Positions 60,041-64,000 of a stretch of 64,000 bases of DNA are shown here, piece after piece (the first letter of the stretch is position 1; each line of letters begins with the position of its first letter). The notes below the pieces were generated by a model. The model had not been told where the DNA came from. It was given only the letters and a program-made list of their open reading frames with translations, and ran no database searches. Source of the DNA: the human T2T-CHM13v2.0 reference genome, Homo sapiens; the NCBI RefSeq assembly GCF_009914755.1, contig NC_060929.1, one strand, 5' to 3'. The position numbers were made by a program, and so were the translations under genes.

Positions 60041-62455
60041 CGCATAAGCTCTTTTTTTTTTTTTTTTTAAATCAAAGAATCCCTTATGATGGAAGGGAGT
60101 AAATTCATTTTCAGGGAGGTAATAGGGCTGAGCTCAAAATAGTCCCTGGAAATCTATAATTTCTTTGAAGACTAATGTTTTATCTTAAAAATCTGTTTGA
60201 ATTTTCTGATTTACATTTGTGCTTGCTTTCTAATAAGAATAATCTACCTGCCCCACTGTTAGGCACTGAAAGAAAAATTGGTCTGGGAAGATGTATTGTG
60301 ATTTTTTTTCATGGCTATGATGACACTGAGTATACCTTGGAGGTAACTGTGTCTAATTTGGATGACACGGCATCACATCATAGGAAAGAGAGCAAATTAA
60401 GAGGTGTCATTGGCCTTAACTCTGGCTGACTCAGGCCTAGCTCAATAACTTGGGGGTGAGGGAGAGCCCCATTGGATGTTTTTCACATTCTGATTGCCTC
60501 TTGCTCAGAATTCCCCATTCATGCCTGAGTCCCATGAGTGGAGCAAGGGGTCTCAGTGGGGTGGGAAGTAAAGGCAACCAGTAAGACTTGCTCTTTAATT
60601 AGAAAGTGAGTCCCTAGAGATTTTGAATACCATTTCCTCCACAGTGTTGAGTCAAGAGCTAATCCTCAGAACACTCATCTATGGACAGAGTCTCAGAATG
60701 GACCTTCCTGGCTTTCCTGACCCAGGATTTGTGGATGAGCTCTCTTTCCCATTAGACAGCTTGCTCCGCACATAATCAGCACCCTGGGCTTGGCTTCTAC
60801 TGAAGGAGTGAGGAGCCCTTATTTCTGCCCTGCGGCTCTTTGCATGATAGATCATGCATTGTTATTGTGCACGCTTTCTCTGAATCCCTCCTCCTCTCCC
60901 TCCCTCCAGCCCCTTCTGCTACGTAACCGCTCAGGGTCCCAGGACAGTTGAAATCTGACCAGCCACAGTGCTATATTTAACTTCTGTGTGCATCACAGCT
61001 GAGGACTTGGCCCATACAACACAGGTGCACCCACAGCCGTTGTTTCTTCCTCTCTGAGGATGCAGGCAAAAAACCAGTGCCCCTGCCTGGAATGGAGGGG
61101 GCGTGGGAGAGGAGAGGCCGAGTCGTTCCTCAACCTCGTGGTCTGCCCAGCCCTGCTCACTGCAGCGTGTAGTGAGACAATATGGCAATTCATAAAATGT
61201 GACATTCATGTGTGAGGCACACTGCTGTGAGCCTGTTTTATTCCATGATAAAAACTACATCTGTCAGAACCTATCTGCTCATGTTCAGGCCAGGAGGAGA
61301 ATTGTATCGCCTAGATTTGCTCTCTCCTTCCTCTTACTAGAGGCAGCTTCCTCCTGTCTCCTACCAGAGCCAGTTGAGGGGTCCCCTGTCATGGGAGAAA
61401 TCCATGGTGGACCTCCATGTGTCAGAAAAAAGGATGAACCGACTTCAAATTATTTCTCTCTTTGAGGGTCTTGCTCTACAATGGCAGAGAATTTCTGTGA
61501 CAGATTAAAAAAAGACACATTTGACATATGTACATATAGATAAATTATGACACAGGGATGTATATAATATACCTATATATTTAAAAATATTTTAAAAACT
61601 GACTTTGGGTTTGAAAGTTTTCAGCAGGCATTTTTGTTTCAGTTAATCACGTTTCTATTGCAGCCTGGGGACTTTTTAAAACATTTGTAGAACCCCCTAT
61701 CTTGTTCCCAAAGGCTTAAGCATTATTTGATAATTAGCCTTCACAATTATGTTATACGTTTTGGAGAGAAGTGAGAGCTGGGGAGGGTGGGAGGAGAAAA
61801 GTTGTGTGTGTTAGTTAATGTGGGAGGAATGAGGGGTATTATCTGGGGATTGGAGGAATGCTTATGAGAGAAAGAAGTTCACTCTGTCAAAATCGTGTTG
61901 GTTGCCAGTTCTCTGTGAAACCCTCATTTAGGATACAGGGAAGGGGGTTGGGGGACGTTGGAAACTTTCTCACCTTTCCTAATTAAAATGATGTCAGAAA
62001 ACAGGATCCAAGTAGAGGCCAGCTATATGCCATTTAAAAAGAAATATGCTTCATTACACTTTCTCTCCATTTCCCGGAACTCACTATGGGAACAAGAGAA
62101 AGGAAGAATCCTTGTTAAAATTTTGGAGATAGTATTTTGGTCTTTACCAACTGTGACCTTGATAGCACAATGCAGTGATCCTTGCTAAGATGACAGTTTT
62201 CCTTTCCTTCTCTCTGCCTGTGTTCATACACCACCTGCTTCTCATTGTCCACACACTCACATCAGCAAACTGCAGCATCTCGTGTTCTTGGTTCATGCTC
62301 TCTCTGACTTGCTGGAGAAAACAGTGATCTTTTCACCTTCAAATAGGTATATTTGCTCTGTGTTTTTATTTTGTGAAAATTATTTCCTTCTCTAAGGAGA
62401 AATGTTTGTTTTTGTTTATTTAATCAGATTCCAATAAAGTTGAGTATATGGCTTA

Positions 62456-62522
62456 GAGAGCGAGAGAATGAGAGAGGGGGATGTGTGTTGTGTTTTATTG
62501 TGTTTGGAGTGTGTGTGTGTGT
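62456..62522. repeat. (GA)n / (GT)n low-complexity tract
   Basis: Read directly. Confidence 0.7.
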
Positions 62523-62921
62523 CTGCAGAGGATATCTGAAGGATCCTACCACGAAAAATGATCCTCAGTCAAAATGTTAAAGTAGATGATGGTGTGTGCC
62601 AGGGGCCATTTCTTACTGTACCACTTTTCTTTCAAATCCGAGATGTTAGAGGAACACAGTACTTCTCCAAGATACAGTGATATTTCAGGCAGTACCAGAC
62701 AGTGGGAAAGGCTTTTTGCTTTCGTTTGTTTGCCTGCTATTTATTACTATTATTATTAGCTTTTGATGGGGAGGGGATGGGAATTTCTGGTTTTGGGGAC
62801 TTCTAGAATCCAATAACATAGAGAGCTGCTTGAGGTTAGTTGTGCTACATGGTTTAATGTGGCTTTTGTTGGGTTGTTTTTTTGTTTTGGCCAGGAGTAG
62901 GAAACCGGCTGCAAAGCAGGA

Positions 62922-63358
62922 TGATTTGGTTTTGATGTCTGTCCCCTCCAAATGTCATGTTGAAATGTAATCCCCAGTAGTTGCAGGCAGAGCTCAGTGG
63001 GAGCTATTGGGCCACGATGGGTAGATCACTAATGAAAGGCTTAGCGTCATCCCGTTGGTGATGAGTGGGTTCTTGCTGAGTTCATGCAAGAGCTGATTGT
63101 TTAAAAATGTGGCACCTCCCTCAGCCCCTTGTTCCTGTTCTAGCCATGTGACACATCGGCCCTGTGGCTTTGCCTTCCGCCATGATTGGAAGCTTCCTGA
63201 GGCCTCACCAGAAGCAGATGTTGGTGCCATCCTTCCTGCACAGCATGCAGAACTTTGAACCAATTAAGCCTCATTTCTTTATAAATTACCCAGCCTCAGG
63301 TATTCCTTTACCCAGCCTCAGGTATTCCTTTACAGTGACGCAAAAATGGACTAACACA
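62922..63358 (+). mobile_element. MaLR solo LTR (MSTB-like)
   Basis: TG...CA termini, perfect 5-bp TSD cagga at 62917-62921 and 63359-63363, ccatgattggaagcttcctgaggcctcaccagaagcagatg. Confidence 0.93.
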
Positions 63359-64000
63359 CAGGAGTTACAGTTTAAAGGCCTGTAGGGGCCATGACTATGA
63401 TGGAGATGATTGAACCCATCTGGGCGTGAGGCAGCTGGGATAGAAGGGGACTGTGCATGCAGGAGATGGAGCTACCGCATTCCAGCCCGCTGCTGCTGGG
63501 CAGGGATGCAAGCCCAGTGTTGGCAGATCTTTGATTTTTTTCTGGATTCTGATGTAAAGTTTCTTGACTTTAAAATGTTTATCACTCATTCAAATTAAGA
63601 GGAAAAAAACCAACTCACATCCTGCACAACCTTGGAAAGGTCTGTTTACTCCTTTATGAAACAAAAGCATTAGGGTGGATGAGCTCAAAAATTTCTACTT
63701 GACCAGACCTTTTAGGATTGTATAATTCCTGAATCCTGAGTTCAGACCTTCAAAATCCCTTCATTTCCTGTTTTTCTTTTTTTTTTCACAAAGAGGTGGG
63801 CAGATGTTCAAAAGGAGAAAAGAGGAAACAAAACAGATGTAGAGAAGGATCAGGAAGGTCTAGATAGTGGAAGGTGGTGCCTGCCCATGTGCCACTCTGC
63901 TTTTTGGAGAAAAGCTTCTTTCTCTGAATTCTTTATGAAAGCTACCTTTCCCTCCCCTGAACCGCAATAGTCCTTTTCCAATCCCCTTTTCAACAGATAT

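Overview
Primate (very probably human) intergenic or intronic DNA, rich in interspersed repeats: 12 Alu-family elements, many MIR and L2 relics, L1 fragments, MaLR/ERVL solo LTRs and hAT MER elements. I can support no intact protein-coding gene, RNA gene or CpG island. The main structure is a nested retroposition stack at about 49.0-58.4 kb. A full-length, intronless, minus-strand retrocopy of the nuclear UNG2 (uracil-DNA glycosylase) mRNA, with 5'UTR, disabled CDS, 3'UTR, AATAAA and A-tail, inserted into an ancient L1M element. Its 3'UTR was later hit by an AluSc and by a 4.6-kb 5'-truncated L1PA3-like element, which displaced the poly(A) end 4.6 kb away. Other observations are a tail-to-tail MIR pair whose arms share non-consensus bases (about 75-bp hairpin), several repeat-free blocks dense in developmental TF motifs (best at 28.8-29.4 kb), a good CTCF motif and H-DNA/G4-prone repeats. 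From memory only, a UNG pseudogene (UNGP1) lies in the enhancer-rich gene desert next to SALL1 on 16q12; this window would fit that, but it is unverified. I found no new multi-gene biological system. Repeat subfamily names were assigned by eye from remembered consensus sequences, and boundaries of old repeats are approximate.
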